A stretch of 64,000 nucleotides of DNA from the NCBI GenBank assembly GCA_963826115.1, contig CAWGVS010000012.1, positions 672,001 to 736,000 of the forward strand. The letters are read 5' to 3'. How positions within the stretch are numbered: the stretch's first letter is position 1; each line of letters starts with the position of its first letter. The translations under genes and the position numbers were made by a program. Shown here piece after piece: positions 18,900 to 28,969 of this stretch. The notes under the pieces are model-generated. The model had not been told where the DNA came from and searched no databases. It saw only the letters and a list, made by a program, of their open reading frames with translations. The DNA is from an uncultured Candidatus Rokubacteria bacterium. Lineage in GTDB: Bacteria; Methylomirabilota; Methylomirabilia; Rokubacteriales; DASRDR01.

Positions 18900-19156
18900 C
18901 CTCTGCCCTGGAGACGGCGAGGATCCCCGACTTCCGGTTCCACGATTGCCGGCACACGTTCGCGTCCCGGTTGGCCATGACTCCAGGCGTCGACCTGTAC
19001 ACGGTCCAGCGAGCGGGAGGGTGGAAGAGTCAGGCGATGGTGCAGCGGTACGCCCACCTCAGCCCCGACTACGTGAGGGCCGCCGTCGAGCGGATGGCCC
19101 GGGGTCAATCCGAGGGTGGAACCGGCGCGAAAACCGGCACTGACCGGACCGCATGA
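18900..19156 (+). pseudogene. Tyrosine integrase, C-terminal remnant
   Basis: FHDCRHTFASRL (HxxR), GGWKS, RYAHL (catalytic Tyr); N-terminal domains absent. Confidence 0.88.
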
Positions 19157-19196
19157 GAACAGCCCGCGCGACGTAAGTGCCTGGACAATTAGTTAG

Positions 19197-19273
<77 letters not shown>

Positions 19274-19374
19274 GTTCAGGCTTCCGATAGTTTACCCGAC
19301 GCCATTTCCAGGCTGACCCGCAAAACGCGACGGACGCGCGACCGGATCGGCCGCCGCCGCGCAGGAGCGGCCGG

Positions 19375-19581
19375 TCACCGCTCCGGTGTGCCGGCGGCGG
19401 TGACAACCGCGCCCCCGCAGAACGGCACGCGCACACTGGCGGTGACACGGGTGCTGACGCCCTCGGCCGCCCCCTTGAGGCTCTCGACGATGCGCTCCAA
19501 GTGGCTCTGGACAATCTTGTCGCTCGGCGAGCCGACGAAGTCGATCTCGGTCACGACCGTCACGCTGAAGGTCCGTCGCAT
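19375..19581 (-). CDS. Small hypothetical protein, 68 aa
   Basis: ATG after GGAGGA; balanced composition, unlike shadow ORFs. Confidence 0.5.
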   Translation of the reverse strand: MRRTFSVTVVTEIDFVGSPSDKIVQSHLERIVESLKGAAEGVSTRVTASVRVPFCGGAVVTAAGTPER

Positions 19582-19742
19582 GTCCGTCCTCCCGGCGCGG
19601 TACGCCGCGCCCCTCCGGGTGGCCGCCCGGCCGGTGGTCCCCGGAGCCGCAGCCGGGTTCCTGGAACCATCACCCCGTTCCCTGGTGCCGTCAATGCGAT
19701 GCGTACGACCCAAACTCCGCGACCGAAAGGAGCGGTTCGACG

Positions 19743-20096
19743 ATGGAACGGAACAACTTCGACATCGCGCCGAGACTGTGGGACCTCGCCAAGCTCGTGA
19801 CGGGGTTCGCGATCGTCCAATCCGTGGCGCTTGGCTACAAGGCTGTCGACCATGAATTCAAGACTGCCATGCTGTCGGGCCGCTCCGTCATTGCGGCGCT
19901 GGTGATCACGTCCCTGTTCTACTGGTTCTACTTCCGCGCGGTTCGATGGTGCCACCGGCAGCTGCGCGTCCGGGTCCCCGATCACGCCGACACGCTGGCA
20001 ACGATCTCGAGGGCGCAGGTCCTCGCCATCGGCGGGTCGCTCCTGATCAGCGTGGTGGCGATCGCGGGGCCCTTCATCAACGCCCTGTGGCCGTAG
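19743..20096 (+). CDS. Hypothetical membrane protein
   Basis: AGGAG upstream; three hydrophobic segments. Confidence 0.6.
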   Translation: MERNNFDIAPRLWDLAKLVTGFAIVQSVALGYKAVDHEFKTAMLSGRSVIAALVITSLFYWFYFRAVRWCHRQLRVRVPDHADTLATISRAQVLAIGGSLLISVVAIAGPFINALWP

Positions 20097-20133
20097 ACGC
20101 GGCGATCGGCAGGAGCGCCCGGAGCGGAGGAAG

Positions 20134-20210
20134 TGGTCGGGGCGAGCCGATTTGAACGGCCGACCTCCTGCTCCCAAGGCAGGCGCGCTACCCGGCTGCG
20201 CCACGCCCCG
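20134..20210 (-). tRNA. tRNA-Pro(TGG)
   Basis: 77-nt cloverleaf CGGGGCG...CGCCCCG-ACCA; loop CTTGGGA. Confidence 0.97.
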
Positions 20211-20260
20211 ACCCGCCTATCCTACACCAGCACCCGCGCGGACCCGGCCCGCGCGCCGCG

Positions 20261-20815
20261 TCAGCGCTCGAGGATGCCGAGGAACGCCCGCCAGGGCCCG
20301 ACGGCCTCGGTGTGCTGCCGCGCGAGGACGTCGACGATCTGGCCCAGATGGTTCAGGTCGTGGACGGCCCACGTCGCGACGAGCTGCCCGAGCGTGACCG
20401 GGCCGAAGTCGGGGTGCCGCCCGCGCCGCGCCTCGTCGCCGGGTGCAAGCCCCAGCCGATCGAGCGCCTCGAGGCTCCGGGCGCGCCGCTCGCGGAACCG
20501 GTCCAGCAGCGCCGGGAGGGGCTGGCCCTGGAGTTTCTCCTCGAACCCGAAGCGGTCGAAGGGCGGGAACGCGGCCGACTCGCCGTGGGCGAGGAGGTGA
20601 CGGAGGCGCGGGATCCAGTTCGTCTCCTCGGCCTCGATCAGGTGCCCGACGACGTCGGCGCTCGACCACGTGTCGGGCCCCTCGTTCTCGCGCACCCACG
20701 GGTCCGGTAGCCCGCGCAGAAGGGCATCGAGCACGTCGGGCGTGCGGCGGAGAAGCGTCCGCGCCGTGTCGAGGTCAAGAGCCATGGCCGTCGACTCCCC
20801 GTCCGGCGCGCTCAC
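20261..20815 (-). CDS. DinB family protein
   Basis: WS..DVVGHL..E..NWIPR, HPDFG.VTL.QL.ATWAVHDLNHLGQI; start could be 20785. Confidence 0.88.
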   Translation of the reverse strand: MSAPDGESTAMALDLDTARTLLRRTPDVLDALLRGLPDPWVRENEGPDTWSSADVVGHLIEAEETNWIPRLRHLLAHGESAAFPPFDRFGFEEKLQGQPLPALLDRFRERRARSLEALDRLGLAPGDEARRGRHPDFGPVTLGQLVATWAVHDLNHLGQIVDVLARQHTEAVGPWRAFLGILER

Positions 20816-21213
20816 GGGGGCAGCATCGTGACCGATGCCACGGCGGCGCGGTTCACGAGGATCCGGATGTTGTTGCTGTTCGCGTCGGCGGGCAGGACGA
20901 AGAAGAACGGGCGCGTCTGCTCGTAGGTGGGCGCGAGCGCCACCAGGCGCTCCCCGTCCCGGAAGGCGATCTCGAGCCGCTTCGCGCCGGTCGCCCGGGC
21001 GTCCGCCGGCACGATGGCCTGCTTCTCGACGTAGGCGCGGTTGCCCTCGAGGTCCTTCACGATGAACAGCGCCTTCAGCTCGGCGAGCGGGATCGCGATC
21101 GTCTTGCGGTCCGACGTCACGATGTGGCAGATCGGGCGGTCCGGCAGGACGTTCTCGGCCGAACCCTTGACGAGCCGCCCGCTCCGGAAGTGGGCCACGA
21201 CCTTGTGCGCCAT
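20812..21213 (-). CDS. Hypothetical protein (DUF6982-like)
   Basis: KVVAHF.SGRLVKG, LKALFIVKD, F.DGE, FFVLPAD..SNNIRI. Confidence 0.7.
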   Translation of the reverse strand: MAHKVVAHFRSGRLVKGSAENVLPDRPICHIVTSDRKTIAIPLAELKALFIVKDLEGNRAYVEKQAIVPADARATGAKRLEIAFRDGERLVALAPTYEQTRPFFFVLPADANSNNIRILVNRAAVASVTMLPP

Positions 21214-21394
21214 GGGCTCCTCGCTCCCGCTACAGGAGGTTCGCGTCCCGGGCGATCATCCACGCGCCGGCCAGGCCCTTCCGGAGGATCGTGAGCGTGT
21301 GGCCCGCGCGGCGCACCGTCGGGAGGTCGCCGGCCCGCGAGGCCGCGAGCCACGTGTCGACCAGCGTCCGGATCGCCGCCTCGTCCTCCCGCAC

Positions 21395-22210
21395 CTACCG
21401 GGTCTCCCGCAGGAACGCCGTGAGGTCGGCGGCGACGCGCTCCGGGCGCTCCCAGTTCGGGCAGTGCCCGGTGTCCGGGTACTCGATCAGCCGGGCGCTC
21501 GGGATGGCCGCGGCCAGCTGCCGCTGGTCGTCCCGGCCAAAGAGCGCGTCGTGCTCGCCCCACAGGATGAGGGTCGGCGCCGCGATCCGCCCGAGGTCGG
21601 CCGTGTCGTCGAAGCGCAAGAGCCCGTTGAGCCCGGCGCGCCAGACGCGGGCCGGCGCCTTGACGCTCTCGGCGACGAGCCCGTCGAAGAACTCCGGCGG
21701 CACCGGGGCGTGGATCGTGCCCCGCTGGAAGTCCCGCGCGAAGTGGAGCGGCACCTGGTCCGGGAGGCCGCGGAGCGAGGCTCGCACCGCCCGGGTCACG
21801 TCGTTCAGGGGCCGGAAGCCCGGGCCGATCAGCGCGAGCCGGGCCACCCGCTCGGGGTGGCGCTCCGCCACGCGGCGCGCGATGAACGTGCCGAGCGAGT
21901 GCCCGACCACGGTCGCGCGCCGGACCGAGACCGCGTCCAGGAACGCCACCGCGTCGGCGGCAAGGTCGTCGATCCCGTAGCCCGCATCCGGCCGCTCCGA
22001 GTCGCCGAACCCACGCGCGTCCCACGCGAGGGCGCGGCAGTGCGGGGGCAGGAGCGGCAGCACCCGGCTGAACGAGAACCAGGAGTCGGGCCACCCGTGG
22101 AGCAGGAGGATCGCCTCGCCGGCGGGATCCCCGCCTTCCGCGTACTGAAGCCGCGGCCCCGTCGCGAGGTCCGCCGTCCCGAACCGGAGCCCCGCGCCGG
22201 CGACGCTCAT
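21395..22210 (-). CDS. Alpha/beta fold hydrolase
   Basis: LLHGWPD, DARGFGDS, GHSLG, WGEHD, GHCP. Confidence 0.9.
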   Translation of the reverse strand: MSVAGAGLRFGTADLATGPRLQYAEGGDPAGEAILLLHGWPDSWFSFSRVLPLLPPHCRALAWDARGFGDSERPDAGYGIDDLAADAVAFLDAVSVRRATVVGHSLGTFIARRVAERHPERVARLALIGPGFRPLNDVTRAVRASLRGLPDQVPLHFARDFQRGTIHAPVPPEFFDGLVAESVKAPARVWRAGLNGLLRFDDTADLGRIAAPTLILWGEHDALFGRDDQRQLAAAIPSARLIEYPDTGHCPNWERPERVAADLTAFLRETR

Positions 22211-22896
22211 CGGGGGCCGGCCACGCCCCGGGGCCGCGGCGGCACCCGCGCGGCCGCGGGCCGCCAGCACAGGACCTCCACGCCCTCCCACCACCAGGGC
22301 TGACCCCGGTCCTTGCCCTCGAGGGTCAGGAGCCGCTCCGCCCTCGGCTGGCCGGCCAGGTAGTCGCGGATCGCCCGCCCGACCTGCTCCCAGTCGGTGT
22401 CGTCGACGATGAGGAGGGCGTCGTCCACGAGGTAGGGCTCGATCAGCCGGAGGCCCCGGAGCTGCGACCGGTAGTCGTGCGCCGCGTCGTAGTAGTAGAC
22501 GCCGACCCGCCGGGGGCCGAGCGCGCCCTGGCGGAGGAGCCGGAAGGCGTCGCCCTCCAGGATGGCGTGGCCTCCGAGGCCGTGGCGCCTCAGGTTCGCT
22601 TCGAGACCGCGCCGGCTTCCGCCGCCGAGCGAGAAGTCGTCGATCCCGACGAAGTCGCCCGTGTTTCCGAGCATCGCCGCGATCAGGCTCAGCCCCTTGA
22701 ACGAGCCGACCTCGACGTAGCTCTCGCCACCGTCGAGGCAGGACGCGGCGAGGTTCAGGAGGGCGAGATTGTTCTCGCGCGCCAGCCCGCCGACGTCCTC
22801 GAGGATCGGCGCGAAGCGGCGGTCGCGCGGGTGGGTGGAGCGCGGGAACCGGGTGAAGAGCCGCGGCAGCTCCCGGGCGAACCGCTCGGCGTTCAC
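22207..22896 (-). CDS. Class I SAM-dependent methyltransferase (Methyltransf_24-like)
   Basis: YVEVGSFKGLS, GIDDF, YYDAAHDY, LIVDD. Confidence 0.85.
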   Translation of the reverse strand: MNAERFARELPRLFTRFPRSTHPRDRRFAPILEDVGGLARENNLALLNLAASCLDGGESYVEVGSFKGLSLIAAMLGNTGDFVGIDDFSLGGGSRRGLEANLRRHGLGGHAILEGDAFRLLRQGALGPRRVGVYYYDAAHDYRSQLRGLRLIEPYLVDDALLIVDDTDWEQVGRAIRDYLAGQPRAERLLTLEGKDRGQPWWWEGVEVLCWRPAAARVPPRPRGVAGPR

Positions 22897-23012
22897 GCCC
22901 GGCGGTCCCCTCGCGCGCGCTCCAGCTGTCTGCCTTGCCCCGACCGCATCGGTTCGCCTCCGTCGGAGAAAAATCGTACCATCGACGCGGCGGCGCGGGC
23001 TGCCGCCCGATC

Positions 23013-23810
23013 ATGACGCCAGCGCTGAGCGAGACCGGCCGGCGGCGACGGATCGCGCTCCTCGTGGCGATCACGGCGCTCATGGCGATCGTGCTGGCCT
23101 TCGTGCCGCCGATCCCGCAGGACCCCGCGTATCACGCCTTCGCCGACGAGCGGCCGCTCTTCCGGATCCCGAACTTCGCCAACGTCGTCTCGAACCTCCC
23201 GTTCCTCCTGGTCGGCCTTCTCGGCTTCCGGTTCCTCGCGCGCGACCCCCGGGCGCGGGGAGGGTCCGCCTTCGCGTCGCCCGCGGACCGGCCTCCGTAC
23301 TGGCCCTTCTTCGCCGGCGTCGGTCTCACCGCGTTCGGCTCGGCGTACTACCACTGGGACCCGAACAACGGGACGCTCTTCTGGGACCGCGTGCCGATGA
23401 CCATCGCCTTCATGGCCCTCCTCGCGAGCGTGCTCGGCGAGCGAGTCAGCGTGCGGGCCGGGGCGCGGGCTCTCTGGCCGCTCGTCCTGGCGGGCCTGGC
23501 GAGCACGCTTTACTGGCACCTGACCGAGGCGCGGGGCGCGGGCGACCTCCGGCCCTACGGGCTGGTCCAGTTCGGCAGCATGGTGCTCATCCCGCTCATG
23601 CTCGGCCTCTTCCCGCCCCGCTACACCAGGACGGTCGATCTCGTCGGCTCGATCGCCTGGTACGGCGCGGCGAAGGTGTTCGAATTCTTCGACCACGGCT
23701 TCCTCGCGCTGACCGGGGTGAGCGGGCACACCTGGAAGCACCTCGCCTCCGCGGTGAGCGCCTACTGGATCCTCCGGATGCTGGCGCAGCGGCGACCGCT
23801 CGTAGCCTAG
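23013..23810 (+). CDS. Ceramidase-like (CREST) membrane protein
   Basis: PIPQDPAYH.FAD.R, SNLPF, GSAYYH, WDRVPM, SGHTWKH. Confidence 0.85.
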   Translation: MTPALSETGRRRRIALLVAITALMAIVLAFVPPIPQDPAYHAFADERPLFRIPNFANVVSNLPFLLVGLLGFRFLARDPRARGGSAFASPADRPPYWPFFAGVGLTAFGSAYYHWDPNNGTLFWDRVPMTIAFMALLASVLGERVSVRAGARALWPLVLAGLASTLYWHLTEARGAGDLRPYGLVQFGSMVLIPLMLGLFPPRYTRTVDLVGSIAWYGAAKVFEFFDHGFLALTGVSGHTWKHLASAVSAYWILRMLAQRRPLVA

Positions 23811-24418
23811 CCCGCGCGGAGGCGGGCGGCCCAGCGTTGGAGGACGGGCCGGGCCGCGGCGGCCGCGCGCCCCCGGTGGCTCAGCCGGTCCTTCTCGGCG
23901 GCCGGGAGCTCGCCGAACGTCCGGCCGAGCGCGGGCACGAGGAAGATCGGATCGTACCCGAACCCGCCGGTCCCGCGCGGGGCGTCGGTCAGGACGCCCT
24001 CGACGGTGTCCTCGGTCACCGCCTCCTCGCCCCACGGCGCGACCAGCGCGAGGAGGCACCGGAAGCGCGCGCCGCGCGCGGGGGTCGGGCCGACTTCGGC
24101 CAGGAGCCGCGTCACCCGCTCGGCGTCGCTCAACCCCGCTCCGCCGTAGCGCGCCGACGCCACGCCGGGGCCTCCGCCCAGCGCGTCGACCTCGATCCCC
24201 GAGTCGTCGCCCACGGCGACGACGCCGGGCGCGGCCCGCGCGACCGTCCGGGCCTTCTCGAGGGCATTCTCCCGGTAGCTCGTCTCGCCCTCGGGCGGGA
24301 GCGCGACACCGGCGAGGTTGCGCAGCGAGCCGATCGCGTAGCCGAGGCCGTCGAGGAGGACCGCGAGCTCCGTCGCCTTGCCGGCGTTCGCCGTGGCGAG
24401 CACGAGCCGCGGCGTCAC
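23807..24418 (-). CDS. rdgB: Non-canonical purine NTP pyrophosphatase (RdgB/HAM1)
   Basis: [29 protein letters not shown]; follows rph. Confidence 0.95.
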   Translation of the reverse strand: MTPRLVLATANAGKATELAVLLDGLGYAIGSLRNLAGVALPPEGETSYRENALEKARTVARAAPGVVAVGDDSGIEVDALGGGPGVASARYGGAGLSDAERVTRLLAEVGPTPARGARFRCLLALVAPWGEEAVTEDTVEGVLTDAPRGTGGFGYDPIFLVPALGRTFGELPAAEKDRLSHRGRAAAAARPVLQRWAARLRAG

Positions 24419-25155
24419 GGGAGCGTGAAGACCGCCGTCGTCCGATCGGCGAGCGCGCGGCGCTGGAAGGCGAGGAGCCGCGCCACGCCCTGGCGGGCGA
24501 GCCCGAGGAGGCCGTCGAGCTGCGCCTGGTCGAAGGGCGTCTTCTCCGCGGTCCCCTGGACCTCGACGAAGCGCTCGGCCCCCGTCATCACGACGTTCAT
24601 GTCCACCTCGGCCGTCGAGTCCTCCACGTAGTCGAGGTCGACGACCGGCGTGCCGCCGACGACGCCGACGCTGGTCGCGGCGACCAGGTCGCGGAGCGGC
24701 TCGGAGAGGAGGCGGCCGCTGTCGCGGAGCTGCTGGATCGCGTCGGCGAGGGCCACGTAGCCGCCGGTGATCGCGGCCGTCCGGGTCCCGCCGTCCGCCT
24801 GGATGACGTCGCAGTCGACGGTGATCGTGCGCTCGCCGAGCTGGGTGAGCGTCACCACCGCGCGGAGGGAGCGTCCCACGAGGCGCTGGATCTCGTGGGT
24901 CCGGCCCCCGGTCCGGCCGGCCTCGCGGCCCGTCCGGGTATTCGTGGCGCGCGGCAGCATCCCGTACTCCGCGGTGACCCAGCCCTGGCCGCTGCCCCGG
25001 AGGAACGGGGGCACCCGGTCCTCGACCGACGCGGTGCAGATGACGCGGGTGTCGCCGACCTCGACGAGCACGGCGCCCTCGGCGTGGCGCGTGTAGCGGC
25101 GCGTGAGCCGCACGGGCCGGAGGTCCGCGGGCGCGCGGCCGTCGTGGCGCGTCAC
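24415..25155 (-). CDS. rph: Ribonuclease PH
   Basis: [43 protein letters not shown]. Confidence 0.97.
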   Translation of the reverse strand: MTRHDGRAPADLRPVRLTRRYTRHAEGAVLVEVGDTRVICTASVEDRVPPFLRGSGQGWVTAEYGMLPRATNTRTGREAGRTGGRTHEIQRLVGRSLRAVVTLTQLGERTITVDCDVIQADGGTRTAAITGGYVALADAIQQLRDSGRLLSEPLRDLVAATSVGVVGGTPVVDLDYVEDSTAEVDMNVVMTGAERFVEVQGTAEKTPFDQAQLDGLLGLARQGVARLLAFQRRALADRTTAVFTLP

Positions 25156-26909
25156 CGCTTCACCACGACGCCCGCGCGCTGCTCGTAGCTCTTCTTGTAG
25201 GCGGCGACGCCGGCCACGAGAGCCCGCGCGATCCGGTCGCGGTAGCCGTCGTCCCGGAGGCGCTGCTCCTCCTGCGGGTTCGAGATGAACCCGATCTCGA
25301 CGAGGACCGCCGGCATCGCCGCGCCCCCCAGGACGTAGAAGGGCGCCTGCTTGACGCCGCGGCTCGGCCGTCGGAGCGCGCGGTCGAGGTTGTTCTGGAG
25401 GGCCTCCGCCACGCGGCTCGACTCCTGCTGGAAGTCCGACTGGGAAAGATCCCAGAGGATCGACCGCAGGACGTCGGGCGAGCCCCCCTTCGCGCCCCCG
25501 TCCGTCCCGAGGAGCCGGTTCTCGTACTCGGCCGCCCGGCGGGCCGCCCCGTCCGTCGCCTCGTTGGAGAGGAAGTAGGTCTCGGTCCCCGTCGCGCTGC
25601 CGTCAGGCGCGGCGTTGACGTGGATCGAGAGGAAGAGGTCCGCCCGCTCGCGGTTCGCGAGCGTGGTCCGCTCGCGGAGGCCGATGAACTGGTCCTTCGC
25701 GCGCGTGAGGATGACGCGCATGCCGAGCTCCTCCTGGAGAACCGCCGCCACGCGCCGCGCGATGTCGAGCGTGAGCTCCTTCTCCTGGAGACCGCTCGGG
25801 CCGAGGGCGCCCGTGTCGTGGCCCCCGTGGCCCGGATCGATCACGATCGTATGGAGGGGCTCCGGCCCCGCGTCGTTCGCCGACGCGGGGCCGGCCGCGG
25901 CGCGCGGGCCCTGGCGCTGGAAGTCGAGCACCACGCGCGGCGGATCCTCCAGGCGGAAGACCTTGCGCGACGCCGGCGGCCGCTCGAACGTGAGGCGGAG
26001 CGCCGCGGCGCCGCGCGCTTCGCCGAGCTCCGCGGTGGCGACGAGGCCGTCCCGCACCGTCCGCGTCCCCGTCCAGCCGCGCGGGCTCACGTCGGGGAAC
26101 GCGACGGTCAGGCCGCCGTCGCTCTCCACCAGTCGGGGCTCGATGGGCCCGTCTGCCTCGAGGACCACCCGCGTGTACGTGGGGTAGGAGCGGACGCGCA
26201 GCTCGACCCGGGACGCCGCCGCGGCCGCCGACGCCCCACGCGGCGGGGGGGGGAGCGGCACCTCCGGCTCGGCGCGGGCGATTTCGGCCGGGCGCGCGGG
26301 CAGGGCCGGAGCGGCCGCGGGCGCCGACGCGGGCGGCGGGGTCGCGGCGGGGCGGGCGGGAGCGGCCGACGGGGCGGGCGTCGGCTCCCGCGTGGGCGCG
26401 GCCATCGCCGGCACGGCGACCGCGCGCGGCGGAGCCGCCACCGCGGGGCTCGCCACGGCCTTCTCGCGCGCCGGCGGGATGACACGCGCCTCGTGGACCT
26501 CGCCCGGCGTCACGCGCACCGCGAAGCCGACCAAGGTCGGCAGGGCCCGGCCGAGGAGATCGCCAGGCACGCGCCAGGTGCCCTGACGGACGCGCACCGG
26601 CGCGGCGAGCGTGATCGCGCCCCCGTCGACGGTGATCCGGCTGGCGTCCCGCGACACCCGGACCACCCCGTAACGGCTCACGAGCGTCACGTGGTCGCCG
26701 CGCGGCGCGCGCTGCGTGGTGGCCTTCGCCAGGCGGGCGACGTCCGCCAGGAGGAAGTAGGTCGTGGGGCCCTGCGGCTCGCCGACGAGCCGCCCGAGGC
26801 GGACCCCCTTGGCCGTGCTGACATCGACCGCGACGGGGGCGGCGGCCGCGCCCGCCGCGAGGGCCAGCAGGAGCCCTGGCACCGAGAGCCGGGCAAGCCA
26901 CCTCAGCAT
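25152..26909 (-). CDS. N-acetylmuramoyl-L-alanine amidase (AMIN + Amidase_3, AmiC-like)
   Basis: Signal peptide, Pro/Ala linker, [37 protein letters not shown]. Confidence 0.92.
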   Translation of the reverse strand: MLRWLARLSVPGLLLALAAGAAAAPVAVDVSTAKGVRLGRLVGEPQGPTTYFLLADVARLAKATTQRAPRGDHVTLVSRYGVVRVSRDASRITVDGGAITLAAPVRVRQGTWRVPGDLLGRALPTLVGFAVRVTPGEVHEARVIPPAREKAVASPAVAAPPRAVAVPAMAAPTREPTPAPSAAPARPAATPPPASAPAAAPALPARPAEIARAEPEVPLPPPPRGASAAAAASRVELRVRSYPTYTRVVLEADGPIEPRLVESDGGLTVAFPDVSPRGWTGTRTVRDGLVATAELGEARGAAALRLTFERPPASRKVFRLEDPPRVVLDFQRQGPRAAAGPASANDAGPEPLHTIVIDPGHGGHDTGALGPSGLQEKELTLDIARRVAAVLQEELGMRVILTRAKDQFIGLRERTTLANRERADLFLSIHVNAAPDGSATGTETYFLSNEATDGAARRAAEYENRLLGTDGGAKGGSPDVLRSILWDLSQSDFQQESSRVAEALQNNLDRALRRPSRGVKQAPFYVLGGAAMPAVLVEIGFISNPQEEQRLRDDGYRDRIARALVAGVAAYKKSYEQRAGVVVKR

Positions 26910-27023
26910 AGGGGGAATCTCATTCTAGGCCGCGGGGTCCGGCCGACCCAAGCTTTCCGGCAGGGGAGCGGTCGTACCGCGCGCGGCGGCGAGGCCGCCG
27001 CGCCAGACGAGGAGGAGAAGGGG

Positions 27024-27381
27024 TGGTGGAGGCGGTGGGAATTGAACCCACGTCCGAAGACCGTCAGATCGAGGCCGCTACACCCATAGTCCGCGATTTG
27101 AGTCTCGCCCGACCGACGCTCCCACGGACGGGATCATGGCCGGACCAGCCTGATCGATCTCACGCCGCGTTGCCCAGGCACGCTCACGGCGCCAGCCTGC
27201 AGAATTATGACGCCCGGCCCCCTCCCCTGCGGGCGCGGGAGAGGCGGACGTCACCGCTAGTTAGGCGGCGAGTGCTAGCTGAGTGTCGGCAGCTATAGCC
27301 GACCCACCTTTTGACGAGGTGATGGGCGCCCTCGAGGTGCTGCCTCGAACGTCGTGATCCCCGTCGAAACCGATCGCCCCC
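27024..27381 (-). ncRNA. ssrA: tmRNA, tag peptide (A)ADTQLALAA
   Basis: 5' GGGGGCG pairs with 3' CGCCTCC-ACCA (G3.U70); TPsiC arm; tag ORF 27261-27290 after ATAGCT; adjacent to smpB. Confidence 0.96.
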
Positions 27382-27390
27382 ATGCCCTCC

Positions 27391-27867
27391 CTAGTCAGCG
27401 CGGGTCCGTTCACGGAGCGCCCGCTGAACCTCGCGCGTCTCCTCACGCTCGCGGATCGCGTGCCGCTTGTCCAGGGTCTTCCGGCCTCGCGCGAGCCCGA
27501 TCTCGACCTTGGCGCGACCCTGCTTGAAGTATAGGCGGAGAGGGACGAGGGTCAACCCTTTCTCCATGACCTTGCCGAGAAGTCTATTGATTTCGCCGCG
27601 ATGGAGCAGGAGCTTGCGCGGCCGGAGCGGCTCGTGGTTGGCCCGGTTGCCCTGGGCGTACGGGCTGATGTGGAGCCCGAGGAGCCACGCTTCGGTCCCG
27701 TCGATCCGCGCGTACGACTCCTTCAGGTCCGCGCGGCTGGCGCGGAGCGACTTGACCTCGGTCCCCTGGAGCACGAGGCCGGCCTCGTGGGTCTCGAGGA
27801 TCTCGAAGTTGTGATGCGCCCGGCGGTTCGACGCGACGAGCTTCTCGCCGCCGTCGCTCTTCCTCAC
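27391..27867 (-). CDS. smpB: SsrA-binding protein
   Basis: NRRAHH, EAGLVLQGTEVKSLR, RKLLLH, GLTLVP, GRK..DKR. Confidence 0.97.
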   Translation of the reverse strand: MRKSDGGEKLVASNRRAHHNFEILETHEAGLVLQGTEVKSLRASRADLKESYARIDGTEAWLLGLHISPYAQGNRANHEPLRPRKLLLHRGEINRLLGKVMEKGLTLVPLRLYFKQGRAKVEIGLARGRKTLDKRHAIREREETREVQRALRERTRAD

Positions 27868-27948
27868 GTCAGCGCTCTCCCATCCCGTTCGCGCCCTCGC
27901 GCCTTGACGCGTCTAGGACCCGATGATAGCGTTGGGAACCTGCTCGGC

Positions 27949-28035
27949 GCCGAAGTGGCGGAATTGGCAGACGCGCTAGATTCAGGGTCTAGTGCCCGCA
28001 AGGGTGTGGGGGTTCGAGTCCCCCCTTCGGCACCA
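27949..28035 (+). tRNA. tRNA-Leu(CAG)
   Basis: 87-nt cloverleaf with variable arm; loop TTCAGGG; promoter TTGACG-17-TAGCGT at 27904-27932. Confidence 0.97.
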
Positions 28036-28145
28036 CGAAGTATCGCATAGTCGCCTCGCGCCAGCGACCATCGGCCCGGCACCGCAAAATGATGCCAGAT
28101 GCGTCGGCGCGGCGGTCCGGTAGCCGTGCACCAGGAGGCTCGGGA

Positions 28146-28280
28146 ATGACCGAGACGCCGTCCACCCCTTCGGCCTACGAGCCGCCTCGAATCGAGCGAG
28201 TCCTGACGCCCGCCGATCTGGAGCGCGAGATCCTGTACGCGGGGCCGACGGACGTCTCCACCGACCTTCCGCCCACCTAG
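28146..28280 (+). CDS. 44-aa peptide, RiPP-precursor-like (YxxPxI leader)
   Basis: AGGAGG SD at 28133-28138; MTETPSTPSAYEPPRIERVLTPADLEREILYAGPTDVSTDLPPT. Confidence 0.7.
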   Translation: MTETPSTPSAYEPPRIERVLTPADLEREILYAGPTDVSTDLPPT

Positions 28281-28521
28281 CACGCCTGACCGGGGCGGCG
28301 TCTCGCGCCCGGCGTTGGACGCGGGTCGGACGGTGTCGCCCTCGACGCCGGGGCCGAGACACGGGCCTGACACTCGCGAGGGGCCGGGGCCCGCGCGCGC
28401 GGAGATCCAGCGGATCGAAGCTGGCGAACCCACCGACGTAACGATCCGGACGAGGCCGTGCTCGCCAGACCGATCACGTTCATCCGAGAGGCGCGTCCCG
28501 TCCGCGTGGTAGGATCTACCG

Positions 28522-28803
28522 ATGCTCCGACGGATCCTGCCGCTGGTCGTGCTGATCGTCCTCGGAACGGCGATCGTCGGCCTCGCCCTGGATCCCGCGT
28601 TCGAGCCGCCCTCGCACCACTACGACGGCGACGACGCGGGCCATGTGGGCAAGCTTCGCGCCCACGGCGTCGAAGCGGCCGTCACCGATGCCCGTCTCGT
28701 GCTGGCCCCGGCGCCGCCGAAGCCCTTCATCGCGCCGACCGAGCACCCGCAGCAGCCGCTCCTTTCGCGCGAGCCTCTCGGGTCCCGCGCGCCGCCTGCC
28801 TAG
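28522..28803 (+). CDS. 93-aa secreted/membrane peptide ending in RAPP (arrest-peptide-like)
   Basis: N-terminal hydrophobic segment, SHHYDGDDAGH, C-terminal GSRAPPA-stop. Confidence 0.7.
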   Translation: MLRRILPLVVLIVLGTAIVGLALDPAFEPPSHHYDGDDAGHVGKLRAHGVEAAVTDARLVLAPAPPKPFIAPTEHPQQPLLSREPLGSRAPPA

Positions 28804-28969
28804 CCCCGTCTTCCTCGCCACGCTGAACTGACTCGCCCGTCCGGGTCATCCGGGCGGACGGGCCGGGGAGCCGCAGGCCGTCAGTGCCGTCGCGGCGACC
28901 GCCCGGTCGCGGGCCATGGGGGCCAGGGTCACGGCGAGATCACCGGGGGGCCGATCGACAGGAGTCCGA

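Larger units (their letters stand above)
9241..19196. mobile_element. Tandem array of decayed integrative elements at tRNA-Arg(TCT)
   Basis: Direct repeats of the tRNA 3' end at 9241, 13028 and 14301; integrase remnant next to the tRNA; lower GC and accessory cargo. Confidence 0.8.

Noticed and set aside
28070-28100. sigma54-like motifs upstream of the RiPP-like peptide
   Set aside because: Candidates on both strands have GG-N9-GC spacing rather than the required N10
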